This document shows positions 15,259-23,461 of a stretch of DNA of 23,907 nucleotides, piece after piece (within the stretch, counting starts at the first letter, position 1; each line of letters starts with the position of its first letter). Source of the DNA: an uncultured virus (IMG/VR IMGVR_UViG_3300033149_003774) (Duplodnaviria; Heunggongvirae; Uroviricota; Caudoviricetes); the IMG/VR virus record IMGVR_UViG_3300033149_003774. One strand, written 5' to 3'. The position numbers and the translations under genes were made by a program. The notes under the pieces were generated by a model that saw only the letters and a program-made list of their open reading frames with translations, ran no database searches and had not been told where the DNA came from.

Positions 15259-17160
15259 ATGGTCGAAAAAGAAGAGAAAACAGTAGAAAAAACATTTATG
15301 TTTCCTAAAGACTTTGCTAGTGCTTTAGAGAAGGAGGCGCGCGATGCAAAGAAAACCGAGGAAGAAGTACTAAATGATTGGTTTTCAGAAAATGGTTTTT
15401 GGGTTCTTGGTATGAATGCAGAAGAATCAATAATAAGTCTCAGGTATGTCGATAAAGGAGGTGTTGGTTCTCTTGATGAAGTGGGAGAAGATGGAACCGA
15501 ATCAGAAAAAAACATTAAGATATACAGAGAACTACGGGATACGTTTCCCCCTGTTACTGCTGGCATAGATTATCTGAAGAGTTTTGTTTCTGGGAGCGGT
15601 TTTACCGTTGGCGTGGATGACGGTGATGATCCACATCAAAAAGAAGTTCAGCAGATTATTAATGATTTTAATAGAAATATCTTTATGGATGAAGTAACGC
15701 AGGGATTGGATTCGATCATAGATATCGCCCTTGAACCCGCATTCGTGGATGGTTGTACTGCATGTGAGGTCGTGTACAAGAAATTTAAGGAGGCAGGTAG
15801 TTTCAATTTCCATGATTATGTGGAATCCTCTTCAACAGATAAAGATGGAAAAACGATCTACAAACCGAGGGAACTTACTGAAGAAGATTGGAAGGAACTT
15901 GGCGGAATAGTTCAACTAAAGATAATAAACAACGCATACTCCCGTCTCAAGCCATACAGAGACAAGAGAACGTATCAAATCTTATATTGGACTGTGGACG
16001 AAAATGAAACGGAAAGCTGGAACAGATACCATAAAGATGATCAGAGAGAAGTCATCAAGTTGCTTCCGTGGCAAATATTCTGGTTCAGTCCAAATAGGCG
16101 TGGAACGAGGCTTAAAGGTCCCTCTATGATCAAACCCGTAGCTACTACTGCTCTTCTACTGAAAAAAATACTTAACGATGTTGGTATCAGTTTTGATAAA
16201 TGGGCTGATAGAAAATACTTCTTCATTCTTGGGAGCGACAAAACGGGGAGAAGTTGGGCACCCCCACACATCAGAAACTTCTTGGCAAACGTGAAGAAAA
16301 TGTCAGAAAAAGGTGGAGTGGGCATTCCGGTTCCACCTGGCTTTGATGTGAAGGACATAGGTGGGGAGGTGTATGATGGAGGACAAATACTTGACAGGCT
16401 AATTAGTATGATAGTCGGTGGAATGAAATACCCCCGTACCTTTTTGGAACAGGGAAAAACTCAGGAGGGGGATAAGGCTTGGTTGGCGTGGCTTGTAACA
16501 TATGGCAGAATTCAGACGCAGTTACGGCGTTGCGTGGAACATCAACTCTGGAAACGCCATCTGAATTGCATTTATGGGTTTTCATATGAGACGACAAAGA
16601 GAGGTCCAGAGCCGGAGGGAGGACGACCCAGAAAACCAGTATATGTACCAAAAATGCAGTGGAGGAGTGAAGGGAAGTGGCACATGGAGACAAAACTAAA
16701 AATGCTTTATGGTGGTTTGAACGTAGCCAATCCCATAGGACCAGAAACGAAGTTGGAGATAGAGACGGATATTGCAAAAACACTAGGCTATAGTGAAATG
16801 AATCTTGATGTGGCTAGAGAGTTGCTACGAATAGACAGGGAAACTGAGAAAGTAAACAGGGAAATCGAATTGTTGAATAAAAAAATGGAGCTTGAACTTT
16901 TACAGAAGGCGTATAAGGAAAAGGCATATATGGATGAGGAGCCACGCCTGAAGTTTGTTCAACCATCCATTACGGAGCAACCCACGAAGAGTAAACCACC
17001 GCCAGAAAAATTGGCTGAGGGGGAGGAGGAAAAAAAACCATCCCCCGTGGAGAAAAGATTGGCTGGCGGAGTCAGCAAACGAAAGAAAGAAACTGGAACA
17101 AAGTCGAAGAAGGGTGTGGCACGCCCCCTCGGTTCTACCAGAAAACCAAAGAATAAATAG
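15259..17160 (+). CDS. Portal protein (Caudoviricetes-type)
   Basis: Portal-like succession of motifs: 'YREL....V.AGIDYLK..V.G.GF.V', 'DG.TACEVV', 'L.P.QI', 'GPSMIKP', 'VPPGFDVK.I', 'GMKYPR.FL'. Followed by a coiled coil and a disordered basic tail. Confidence 0.65.
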   Translation: MVEKEEKTVEKTFMFPKDFASALEKEARDAKKTEEEVLNDWFSENGFWVLGMNAEESIISLRYVDKGGVGSLDEVGEDGTESEKNIKIYRELRDTFPPVTAGIDYLKSFVSGSGFTVGVDDGDDPHQKEVQQIINDFNRNIFMDEVTQGLDSIIDIALEPAFVDGCTACEVVYKKFKEAGSFNFHDYVESSSTDKDGKTIYKPRELTEEDWKELGGIVQLKIINNAYSRLKPYRDKRTYQILYWTVDENETESWNRYHKDDQREVIKLLPWQIFWFSPNRRGTRLKGPSMIKPVATTALLLKKILNDVGISFDKWADRKYFFILGSDKTGRSWAPPHIRNFLANVKKMSEKGGVGIPVPPGFDVKDIGGEVYDGGQILDRLISMIVGGMKYPRTFLEQGKTQEGDKAWLAWLVTYGRIQTQLRRCVEHQLWKRHLNCIYGFSYETTKRGPEPEGGRPRKPVYVPKMQWRSEGKWHMETKLKMLYGGLNVANPIGPETKLEIETDIAKTLGYSEMNLDVARELLRIDRETEKVNREIELLNKKMELELLQKAYKEKAYMDEEPRLKFVQPSITEQPTKSKPPPEKLAEGEEEKKPSPVEKRLAGGVSKRKKETGTKSKKGVARPLGSTRKPKNK

Positions 17161-17161
17161 A

Positions 17162-17180
17162 TTTTTTTCTTCATTTTTTT
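17162..17180 (+). terminator. Oligo-T terminator
   Basis: Two T7 tracts right after the portal stop. Confidence 0.6.
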
Positions 17181-17189
17181 CTGAATAAC

Positions 17190-17204
17190 CGAAGTGTTTA
17201 AATA
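17190..17204 (+). promoter_or_regulatory. BRE-TATA promoter
   Basis: CGAAGTG-TTTAAATA. Confidence 0.5.
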
Positions 17205-17236
17205 TTGGAATGTGGTAGTGTTTTTCGTGGTCTGAT

Positions 17237-17431
17237 TTGAAGAAATCTGTAGTTTCTGGCGTATTATATAATCAAGATAGAGAAAGATGGTCATATGAAA
17301 TTGATGATGGGGATCATCTTTGGGTAGACCCAGACTCATTAGCGGAGGTATTGAATTCACTTTGTGGTTCTCTTCCTTTTGGAACGTGGAAGTTCGTCTT
17401 AACACTAGAGATGGAGCCGACTGATCAATAA
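17237..17431 (+). CDS. Hypothetical protein
   Basis: 64-aa ORF between a promoter and a T-rich tract. Confidence 0.5.
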   Translation: MKKSVVSGVLYNQDRERWSYEIDDGDHLWVDPDSLAEVLNSLCGSLPFGTWKFVLTLEMEPTDQ

Positions 17432-17483
17432 AAATTTTGTATGCATTTGTTTTTAAAATAATCTTTCGTTGAACATTTGTATA

Positions 17484-17499
17484 CGGAAAGATTTAAATA
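17484..17499 (+). promoter_or_regulatory. BRE-TATA promoter
   Basis: CGGAAAGA-TTTAAATA, 32 nt before ATG 17524. Confidence 0.6.
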
Positions 17500-17523
17500 A
17501 CTCTATGTTTTATAGATACCTAT

Positions 17524-18171
17524 ATGGTTGTTCTTAAAGAAGTTGGTCTTGAATGTGAGTATTTTCTTTTAGATGAAAATGGGGAAATTGTGGAAGCACC
17601 AAAATATAATTTTCCTGCTGATGAGATGGGATTTCTCATAGAACTCAGAACTTCGTGGGGAAGAACGGCATATAACGTGGTTGGAACGCTGGAGTGGAAG
17701 TTAAAAGATGCAACACTCAAAGCCGAGGATTTGAATCTCCAACTGAAGGAGGTTGCTTGGCTTCCAGTATCTTCTGAATGGCAAAGGTATATAGCAGAAA
17801 AATACCACCATGCGGATATGATAGATCACACGAGAAATATCTACAATATTAAAGAAACACAACATACTGGATTTAGAGAGGGACGCGCTACTGCTGGTTG
17901 TCACGTTCATTTTTCTAAGTGGGATACAGAACGAGAGGCATTTATACCTTTTTCAGAGTGTGAAGTTGCATTAATTGTAGCTGAAATGGATTATATTTTT
18001 GAAAGCGAAATAAAAGACGCAGAGAGAATAGCGGGTGAATGGGAACCGAAGGGCGTCGGAGACGATACGAAGAGACCGCATGGTTTTGAGTATCGCAGTC
18101 TTCCTGCCACAATTCCTAAACGGAGGGTCGTTCTTGAAGCTCTAAAATGTATGGATTTATTTTCGGAGTAA
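17524..18171 (+). CDS. Carboxylate-amine ligase of the glutamine synthetase/GCS2 fold (phiEco32 COOH-NH2 ligase-like)
   Basis: 'GLECEYFL' (ExE), 'IELRT', 'AGCHVHFS' and 'PHGFEYRSLP'. Confidence 0.75.
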   Translation: MVVLKEVGLECEYFLLDENGEIVEAPKYNFPADEMGFLIELRTSWGRTAYNVVGTLEWKLKDATLKAEDLNLQLKEVAWLPVSSEWQRYIAEKYHHADMIDHTRNIYNIKETQHTGFREGRATAGCHVHFSKWDTEREAFIPFSECEVALIVAEMDYIFESEIKDAERIAGEWEPKGVGDDTKRPHGFEYRSLPATIPKRRVVLEALKCMDLFSE

Positions 18172-18174
18172 AAA

Positions 18175-18189
18175 CAAAAAATTTAAATA
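18175..18189 (+). promoter_or_regulatory. BRE-TATA promoter
   Basis: CAAAAAA-TTTAAATA. Confidence 0.45.
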
Positions 18190-18218
18190 TGACTTTTTTA
18201 CATTAAAAATATTAGGAG

Positions 18219-18473
18219 GTGAAAGACACGACCGAGAGGAAGATGGTTGAGGTCTTCCGCTACTCTGGTTTTGACTCTGAGAAGGAGGCGAGAGAATATA
18301 TGGAGAAACTGGAGGAGGAACTGGAGAGGTGGATAAAGAGGACTGAAAGGATACTGTTTGAGCCATTTTTGCCCTTCGGATACCTCGTTCATCCGTTTTT
18401 CATCTCTCCTTTCCCCACCTTGATATCTCTCCCCTTCAGAGAAAAAACCGAGGTGGCGAAAGAGGAAAAGTAG
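18219..18473 (+). CDS. Hypothetical protein (charged helix plus Pro/Phe-rich segment)
   Basis: Flanked by a promoter and a T-tract; start may be ATG 18243. Confidence 0.55.
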   Translation: MKDTTERKMVEVFRYSGFDSEKEAREYMEKLEEELERWIKRTERILFEPFLPFGYLVHPFFISPFPTLISLPFREKTEVAKEEK

Positions 18474-18482
18474 TTTAAAGAA

Positions 18483-18513
18483 TTTTTATCTTTATGTTTT
18501 TTTTCATGTTTTT
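18483..18513 (+). terminator. Oligo-T terminator
   Basis: T5, T8 and T5 tracts after the stop at 18473. Confidence 0.5.
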
Positions 18514-18540
18514 GTTATTATGGTTACTATTTTAGAAACA

Positions 18541-18554
18541 TAAAACATTTATAT
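18541..18554 (+). promoter_or_regulatory. BRE-TATA promoter
   Basis: TAAAACA-TTTATAT, 27 nt before ATG 18575. Confidence 0.55.
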
Positions 18555-18574
18555 GTTGTTTTACCCATTTATAT

Positions 18575-18835
18575 ATGATCAAGATGGATGATGATAGTTT
18601 GCCTGAGCGGGTTGCATATCTTGAGGCACGTATGAATGGACTTGAAAAGGAAATATCTGAATTAAAAGGGAACGTTGATGCAATGAGAAATGACATTTAT
18701 TCCATTCGCAATAATGAGATAAATCATTTACGACGAGATAAAATGTTTTGGATGAAGGTTCTCGGTGCTGGTGGTGCTGGAGCCATCATCTTGGACAGAC
18801 TATTGTCGCTTCTTCTGCATCTTTTGGGCGTATAG
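18575..18835 (+). CDS. Coiled-coil plus C-terminal membrane anchor protein (XhlA/holin-like)
   Basis: Heptad region ERVAYLE...INHL followed by the hydrophobic VLGAGGAGAIILDRLLSLLLHLLGV. Confidence 0.5.
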   Translation: MIKMDDDSLPERVAYLEARMNGLEKEISELKGNVDAMRNDIYSIRNNEINHLRRDKMFWMKVLGAGGAGAIILDRLLSLLLHLLGV

Positions 18836-18852
18836 TTTCTTTGGAAATCAAC

Positions 18853-18867
18853 AAAAACCTTTTAATA
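18853..18867 (+). promoter_or_regulatory. BRE-TATA promoter of the tRNA gene
   Basis: AAAAACC-TTTTAATA, 29 nt before the tRNA 5' end. Confidence 0.6.
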
Positions 18868-18888
18868 TGTCTTGCGTTTCATCATATT

Positions 18889-18961
18889 GGGTGAGTGGTG
18901 TAACGAGTTAGCATATGGGTCTGTGAAACCCAAGGATCGAGTGCAAGTCTCGACTCGACCC
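18889..18961 (+). tRNA. tRNA-His(GUG), non-canonical
   Basis: Cloverleaf folded by hand: acceptor GGGTGAG/CTCGACC with C73, D-stem GTGT/GCAT, anticodon arm TGGGT-CTGTGAA-ACCCA (GTG at 18923-18925), T-arm TCGAG-TGCAAGT-CTCGA. No encoded CCA. Confidence 0.85.
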
Positions 18962-18980
18962 GTTTAGAATATTCAAAGAA

Positions 18981-18994
18981 GAAAAGATTTAAGT
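18981..18994 (+). promoter_or_regulatory. BRE-TATA promoter of the RHH-like gene
   Basis: GAAAAGA-TTTAAGT upstream of ATG 19026. Confidence 0.55.
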
Positions 18995-19025
18995 GTATCT
19001 TTTATAATTATATAATTAGAGTGTA

Positions 19026-19187
19026 ATGTCTGAGCGTAAATACACAACCATATCAATTGCCCTGAAAACATTCGATGAATTATATGCTCTGAAGGGCATT
19101 CTGATGAAGGGGACAAGAGATAAATCATGGAATCACTTTATGATGAAGGTAATTGAAATAATTAATGAATACATATATAATATTTAA
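19026..19187 (+). CDS. Ribbon-helix-helix-like DNA-binding protein (53 aa, missing from the ORF track)
   Basis: MSERKYTTISIALKTFDELYALKGILMKGTRDKSWNHFMMKVIEIINEYIYNI* has the TTIxI strand, a helix, then 'SW' and a second helix, as in archaeal RHH/VapB-like regulators. Confidence 0.7.
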   Translation: MSERKYTTISIALKTFDELYALKGILMKGTRDKSWNHFMMKVIEIINEYIYNI

Positions 19188-19261
19188 TTATGTAATTACC
19201 GTAATTGCAAAAAAACAATAACACTTATAAGTTGATTTGTATGGTATATATATGAACAAAA

Positions 19262-19543
19262 ATGGGATATCTTTATAATGATTATAAGAGATTGGCTGTT
19301 ACAGATACAGAACAAAGCTATGTGATAGGAACAGAATTAGGCACTACGTTCAGAGCGGAGAAGATATGCTTCCAAGCTGATGAGGACTGTTATGTTAGGT
19401 TCAACGGCGCATCCGCCGTTCAGGTTCTCATTCCAAAGGAGGACATCTGGGAGTTCGAGAAGAAGACAGTACGAATATATGTTGTGAGAGTTTCTGCAAA
19501 TGGTAACTTGGATATATGGGCGGAGGGAGATATACCGACTTAG
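19262..19543 (+). CDS. Stand-alone ~90-aa beta-rich protein, paralog of the N-domain of 419..1201; probable virion accessory protein
   Basis: Ungapped alignment to the N-terminus of 419..1201; directly precedes the fibre gene; TTATAA box at 19226-19231. Confidence 0.7.
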   Translation: MGYLYNDYKRLAVTDTEQSYVIGTELGTTFRAEKICFQADEDCYVRFNGASAVQVLIPKEDIWEFEKKTVRIYVVRVSANGNLDIWAEGDIPT

Positions 19544-19582
19544 AATGGTGACTGAAATGAAGAAAAAGAGGAGTGAGGCGTA

Positions 19583-21430
19583 ATGCCACGGGGCTATGTT
19601 TCATGGAAAACACTTCAGAACCTAAGCATCACTACGCTAACTACCAGTGGAGCCATTACCTGTGGTGGAGATCTAACAGTTCAAGGCAATTTCACCGAGG
19701 AGTTGGACGAATCTCTCCTTGGCGATCTTACTCTGGGAACAGCTACACAAGCAGGCGGAGATATCACAGTTTATAAAGATGGCTCTGGAAACAAAGCCTT
19801 CTTCCTAGATGCTTCAGCGGGTCAGCTTCAGCTTCCGACGACGGGTTCTGGTGGCGGGATTCTGATCGGCGGTGATACTCAATGGTATCGAAGTGCTGCT
19901 AATGTCTTACGTACACCAGATGTTGTCGTGACCGAAGATCAATTCCAAAGTTATCCATCAGATGCGGCAGATACCGCTTATCTAGCGAGTGTTTTGGGAG
20001 AAAGCCCAGCTCGATTCCGAATTCGTGCGGATGGAAAACTAGAATGGGGACCAGGAAACGCAGCACGTGATATTGAGCTTTATCGTTCTGCTGCAAACAC
20101 GCTGAGCCTCGGCTCGGGCGACAGTTTCGGGGCGACGACGTTCAGCGACGCTATAACAATTAGTCATGGGACACCTAGAGTGTATCTAACGGATACTGAT
20201 GAAACTTCCCCCGCTGGGAAATTCGCTATGGAATCACAGAACGATTATTGGAACTTGCTGGGTCGCAAATCTGATGACTCTGGTTGGATTCCTATTATTG
20301 TTGCTGAGCGTATTGAAGACGGCGGTCTCGTGGAGTTCAAGGGAGCGAGTGGGATAAAACTCACTGGCAAACTAAATATGAACAGTCAGGACATTAATGA
20401 TGTAGGAAACTATCTCTATGGTGTTGATGGCGCGGCACTGAGAATTCGACCGGAGAGAACATCAAGTGCTACTGGGCAGGATTTGATACTTCAGACCTAC
20501 GATGTGGATGCGACGAGCTGGATTGATGTTCTCACAGTAAAAGGAGAGCCTACAGGAACCGGGGTTGATCCTTATGTGTTGCTAGGTGGAAATCTGGATA
20601 TGTCCAGTGGTTCCTACGACATTCTCATCCCAGATAATCAAGCAACGGCACTAGAAATAAAGGAAGGAACTAATGCTTACATAACTTTTAATAGCACCGA
20701 TGGAAGCGAGCGGGTTACTATAAATAAGAACATGACCGCCGCATTAAACTTAACAGTTTCGAGTAGCTTTTACTTAGACGGACAAGCCTTATGGGGACTG
20801 CAAGCAGATGACAACAGCTTAACCATAAAAGGAAGAACGGCGTCAGCCGCACAGACAGACACCATAGTAATTCAAACAAGTAACGCATCTCATGGAGTGA
20901 ATTTCTCCGATAGGATTCAGATCGGCGGAGGAGCGGCAACTGTTGATATTGACATCTTAAATGCAAATCTCGACCTCGGCGGGAACTTATTGAAGACGAC
21001 GACCTATTATCTAAACGAAGTTACTGGCGGCTTTGGGATACAGAAGATCTCTGATGATAGTTATGTTACACTTAAGACCGGCGATTTAAATATTCAGAAT
21101 GCCGAGAACGCCATAAAGTTCGAAAAAAATGCGGCGAAGATCAAGGCGACGAATACGGATGGTTATTACGTTACTATATGGGCAAGAGATACAGGCGTCG
21201 GTCTTGTTGAGGTTGCAAGATTCGCAGGTGACACTGATCCATTCTTCAGCATGGGCGGAAGTCAGGAGTTCAAGTTCACAAATGGCGGATTGATGGGTTT
21301 ATTTGGCGCAACTCCTGTAGTGCAACAGACACATATAGCTGACGCGGATGGAACACTGGCTGACATTACAACAAAGTTTAATTCGTTGCTCGACAAACTA
21401 GAAGCATATGGATTGTTAGCAACTTCGTAG
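19583..21430 (+). CDS. Virion fibre protein (tail or head fibre)
   Basis: G/T/S/D/A-rich beta sequence with the repeat DTQWYRSAANVL / DIELYRSAANTL. The C-terminal 'GLFGATPV...FNSLLDKLEAYGLLA' resembles the ends of phage head-fibre proteins. Confidence 0.75.
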   Translation: MPRGYVSWKTLQNLSITTLTTSGAITCGGDLTVQGNFTEELDESLLGDLTLGTATQAGGDITVYKDGSGNKAFFLDASAGQLQLPTTGSGGGILIGGDTQWYRSAANVLRTPDVVVTEDQFQSYPSDAADTAYLASVLGESPARFRIRADGKLEWGPGNAARDIELYRSAANTLSLGSGDSFGATTFSDAITISHGTPRVYLTDTDETSPAGKFAMESQNDYWNLLGRKSDDSGWIPIIVAERIEDGGLVEFKGASGIKLTGKLNMNSQDINDVGNYLYGVDGAALRIRPERTSSATGQDLILQTYDVDATSWIDVLTVKGEPTGTGVDPYVLLGGNLDMSSGSYDILIPDNQATALEIKEGTNAYITFNSTDGSERVTINKNMTAALNLTVSSSFYLDGQALWGLQADDNSLTIKGRTASAAQTDTIVIQTSNASHGVNFSDRIQIGGGAATVDIDILNANLDLGGNLLKTTTYYLNEVTGGFGIQKISDDSYVTLKTGDLNIQNAENAIKFEKNAAKIKATNTDGYYVTIWARDTGVGLVEVARFAGDTDPFFSMGGSQEFKFTNGGLMGLFGATPVVQQTHIADADGTLADITTKFNSLLDKLEAYGLLATS

Positions 21431-21438
21431 GTGATCTA

Positions 21439-21783
21439 ATGCTCGTCAGGCGAGAACCAGACTTGAAGGCAAATCCAAATGCACCATTTGAGATCCGACT
21501 TGACTCCAAGCCATTCCTTGAATCCACTCTAAAAGGTCTGCCTAAAATCTCCGGCATCCTCAAATACATCAAATATGCTTTTGTTGTCATAGACAGAAGA
21601 GAGAATAAAGTATTAGTGTGGAAATTCGGAAATAAAATAACTCAAGTCTCTAAGTATTTCGATGCCGCCTGCAAGCGCAGACTTGGAATGACGGCGAAGC
21701 AGATATACGAGCGGAACTGGAACTTAAGATTGAAGAAAAATAGAAGAAGAAAGTTCTTGAAAAGACGCATCGCCATCATTTGA
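21439..21783 (+). CDS. Basic hypothetical protein
   Basis: SD-like AGGTGA before the ATG; T-tract after the stop. Confidence 0.55.
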   Translation: MLVRREPDLKANPNAPFEIRLDSKPFLESTLKGLPKISGILKYIKYAFVVIDRRENKVLVWKFGNKITQVSKYFDAACKRRLGMTAKQIYERNWNLRLKKNRRRKFLKRRIAII

Positions 21784-21798
21784 TTTTCTCCTTTTTTT
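21784..21798 (+). terminator. Oligo-T terminator
   Basis: TTTTCTCCTTTTTTT. Confidence 0.5.
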
Positions 21799-21804
21799 AT
21801 TCAT

Positions 21805-21819
21805 AGAAACGTTTAAATA
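21805..21819 (+). promoter_or_regulatory. BRE-TATA promoter
   Basis: AGAAACG-TTTAAATA, 29 nt before ATG 21841. Confidence 0.6.
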
Positions 21820-21840
21820 TATCCTCTGCCACATAAGAGG

Positions 21841-22224
21841 ATGATTGATATGGGAAAAAGTGGAAAAAAATCCAGAGGAAGTGTAGAAAAACCAGAAAAG
21901 AAGACAGCTCCCGTTAAGGAGAGGGAAACTGATGCAATTGGACTGGAAAAGGGCATGGTTGGAACAAAGCTCTCCAGCGAGGAGAATAGGAAGTATGAAG
22001 TTTTCCGTGAACAGTTGATTCAATTATACTCTCAATATGGACAGTTCTCCCTTCTCAGGAAGCAGAGAGAAGCCGAGTTTGATCAGAAACTTCTTCAGAT
22101 ATTCGAGGGAATACGTCAGGTTGAAGCCGAACTGGCAAAGTTTGTCGATAATCTGAAGTATAAATATGATCTGCCGCAAACTGACAATTATAGAATTTCG
22201 GATGGTTACATATCTCCAGCATAA
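21841..22224 (+). CDS. Coiled-coil hypothetical protein
   Basis: Lys-rich N-terminus, long heptad helix, short C-terminal 'KYDL....Y.I.DG.I' hairpin. Confidence 0.55.
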   Translation: MIDMGKSGKKSRGSVEKPEKKTAPVKERETDAIGLEKGMVGTKLSSEENRKYEVFREQLIQLYSQYGQFSLLRKQREAEFDQKLLQIFEGIRQVEAELAKFVDNLKYKYDLPQTDNYRISDGYISPA

Positions 22225-22232
22225 AGCAAGTT

Positions 22233-22856
22233 GTGTCGAATATGAAGGTAAAACTGTTAAACCATACACCATCGCCAGAAAAACTAATCGTTGAGGCATA
22301 TCTTTCTTGTAGAAACATTTACGATGATATAAAAATAGAAAGCGACGATGATATAAAAAAGAGAATAGAGCGGATATGGCAGGCAAAACATTTTGGTTGT
22401 TTTGAAGAGGCGGGGGCAACAATTCTCGCATCTGGTTTGAGCAGGTCATGCACACATCAACTTGTAAGACACAGATTGTTCTCGTTCAAACAGTTGAGTA
22501 TGAGGGCGGTTGAACCAGATAAATTGGATTTCATCACGCCCCCTACTATAGAACACAACCCAGAAGCATTTTACCCATATCAGGTTTTTCTTTATGAATC
22601 TAAGAGATTATATAGTAAATTAAGAGAAATAGGAATTCCAAAAGAGGATGCCCGATTTTGTATCCCGATGGGTATCGAGACACAAATAGTGATAACTGGT
22701 AACTTCAGGACTTGGCTTCATTTTTTGAATATGAGAACTAATCCGAGGGCGCAGTGGGAGATTAGGGAACTGGCTTGGTCGTGTTATGTTTTACTTAAAG
22801 AAATCGCACCAAATGTATTTTCCATAAAACAAAAAGAAAATTGGATATACGTTTAG
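22233..22856 (+). CDS. thyX: FAD-dependent thymidylate synthase
   Basis: RHR-x7-S motif (RHRLFSFKQLS), 'GIPKEDARF', 'NFRTWLHF' and 'AQWEIR'. Confidence 0.95.
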   Translation: MSNMKVKLLNHTPSPEKLIVEAYLSCRNIYDDIKIESDDDIKKRIERIWQAKHFGCFEEAGATILASGLSRSCTHQLVRHRLFSFKQLSMRAVEPDKLDFITPPTIEHNPEAFYPYQVFLYESKRLYSKLREIGIPKEDARFCIPMGIETQIVITGNFRTWLHFLNMRTNPRAQWEIRELAWSCYVLLKEIAPNVFSIKQKENWIYV

Positions 22857-22861
22857 TTTCA

Positions 22862-22873
22862 TTTTTTTCTTTT
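22862..22873 (+). terminator. Oligo-T terminator
   Basis: T7-C-T4 tract after thyX. Confidence 0.5.
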
Positions 22874-22877
22874 AACC

Positions 22878-22891
22878 AATATGTTTAAATA
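22878..22891 (+). promoter_or_regulatory. TATA promoter
   Basis: TTTAAATA at 22884-22891, upstream of ATG 22922. Confidence 0.45.
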
Positions 22892-22921
22892 CAGCCCTTC
22901 TCAATACTGTTGTGAGAGAAA

Positions 22922-23281
22922 ATGAAAAAACCAGAAATTCGAGATGAGGACTGGAATCGTTTTTTAAGATTGCGTGAATGTCTGTTTAAAGCCATAGGGG
23001 AGAGTCTTGAAATAGGTGGACACTGCAAATCCTATGAAGGACGTTTTGACATAGAGGTTTCTCTTCCCAATTATTTTGAGGGGGATGAGAAGAAACCGAT
23101 GTGGTGTCTCCATTTGGCGTGTTACTTGATAGGTTCTCATCGTGGCGTAGACTGGTATGGTGAGAGCTTTCATTCTGTTCTGAAGAGTGCCGAGAAAGAT
23201 TTGATTGATTGGTTGGAAAACCATAAAGAATGGATGGATCAATTCAGAGCTGGGAAAATAAAGACATTAAACGAAGGTTAA
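22922..23281 (+). CDS. Hypothetical protein
   Basis: 119-aa ORF after a promoter; no recognised motif. Confidence 0.6.
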   Translation: MKKPEIRDEDWNRFLRLRECLFKAIGESLEIGGHCKSYEGRFDIEVSLPNYFEGDEKKPMWCLHLACYLIGSHRGVDWYGESFHSVLKSAEKDLIDWLENHKEWMDQFRAGKIKTLNEG

Positions 23282-23286
23282 AAAGA

Positions 23287-23439
23287 ATGAAGCCTCTTAA
23301 TTTTTCTGGCTCCAAATCTGTAAATTTGGACAAGGTAACTGAGGTAGCCAAGAAGAATCCAGCCAACGCCATCTTGATGCTGGTGACATACCTGAAAATA
23401 CGACAAGAGAAGGAGTCTAAACTGAAAGTTACAGGGTAA
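23287..23439 (+). CDS. Small hypothetical protein
   Basis: ATG 23287 lies 6 nt after the upstream stop; 50 aa. Confidence 0.45.
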   Translation: MKPLNFSGSKSVNLDKVTEVAKKNPANAILMLVTYLKIRQEKESKLKVTG

Positions 23440-23461
23440 TGTTTATATACTTCGTTCTGTT

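Noticed and set aside
455..19540. Duplicated segment (455-724 vs about 19271-19540) as a DGR template/variable repeat pair
   Set aside because: Differences include many C/T and other synonymous changes rather than adenine-specific ones, both copies are coding, and there is no reverse transcriptase in the window.
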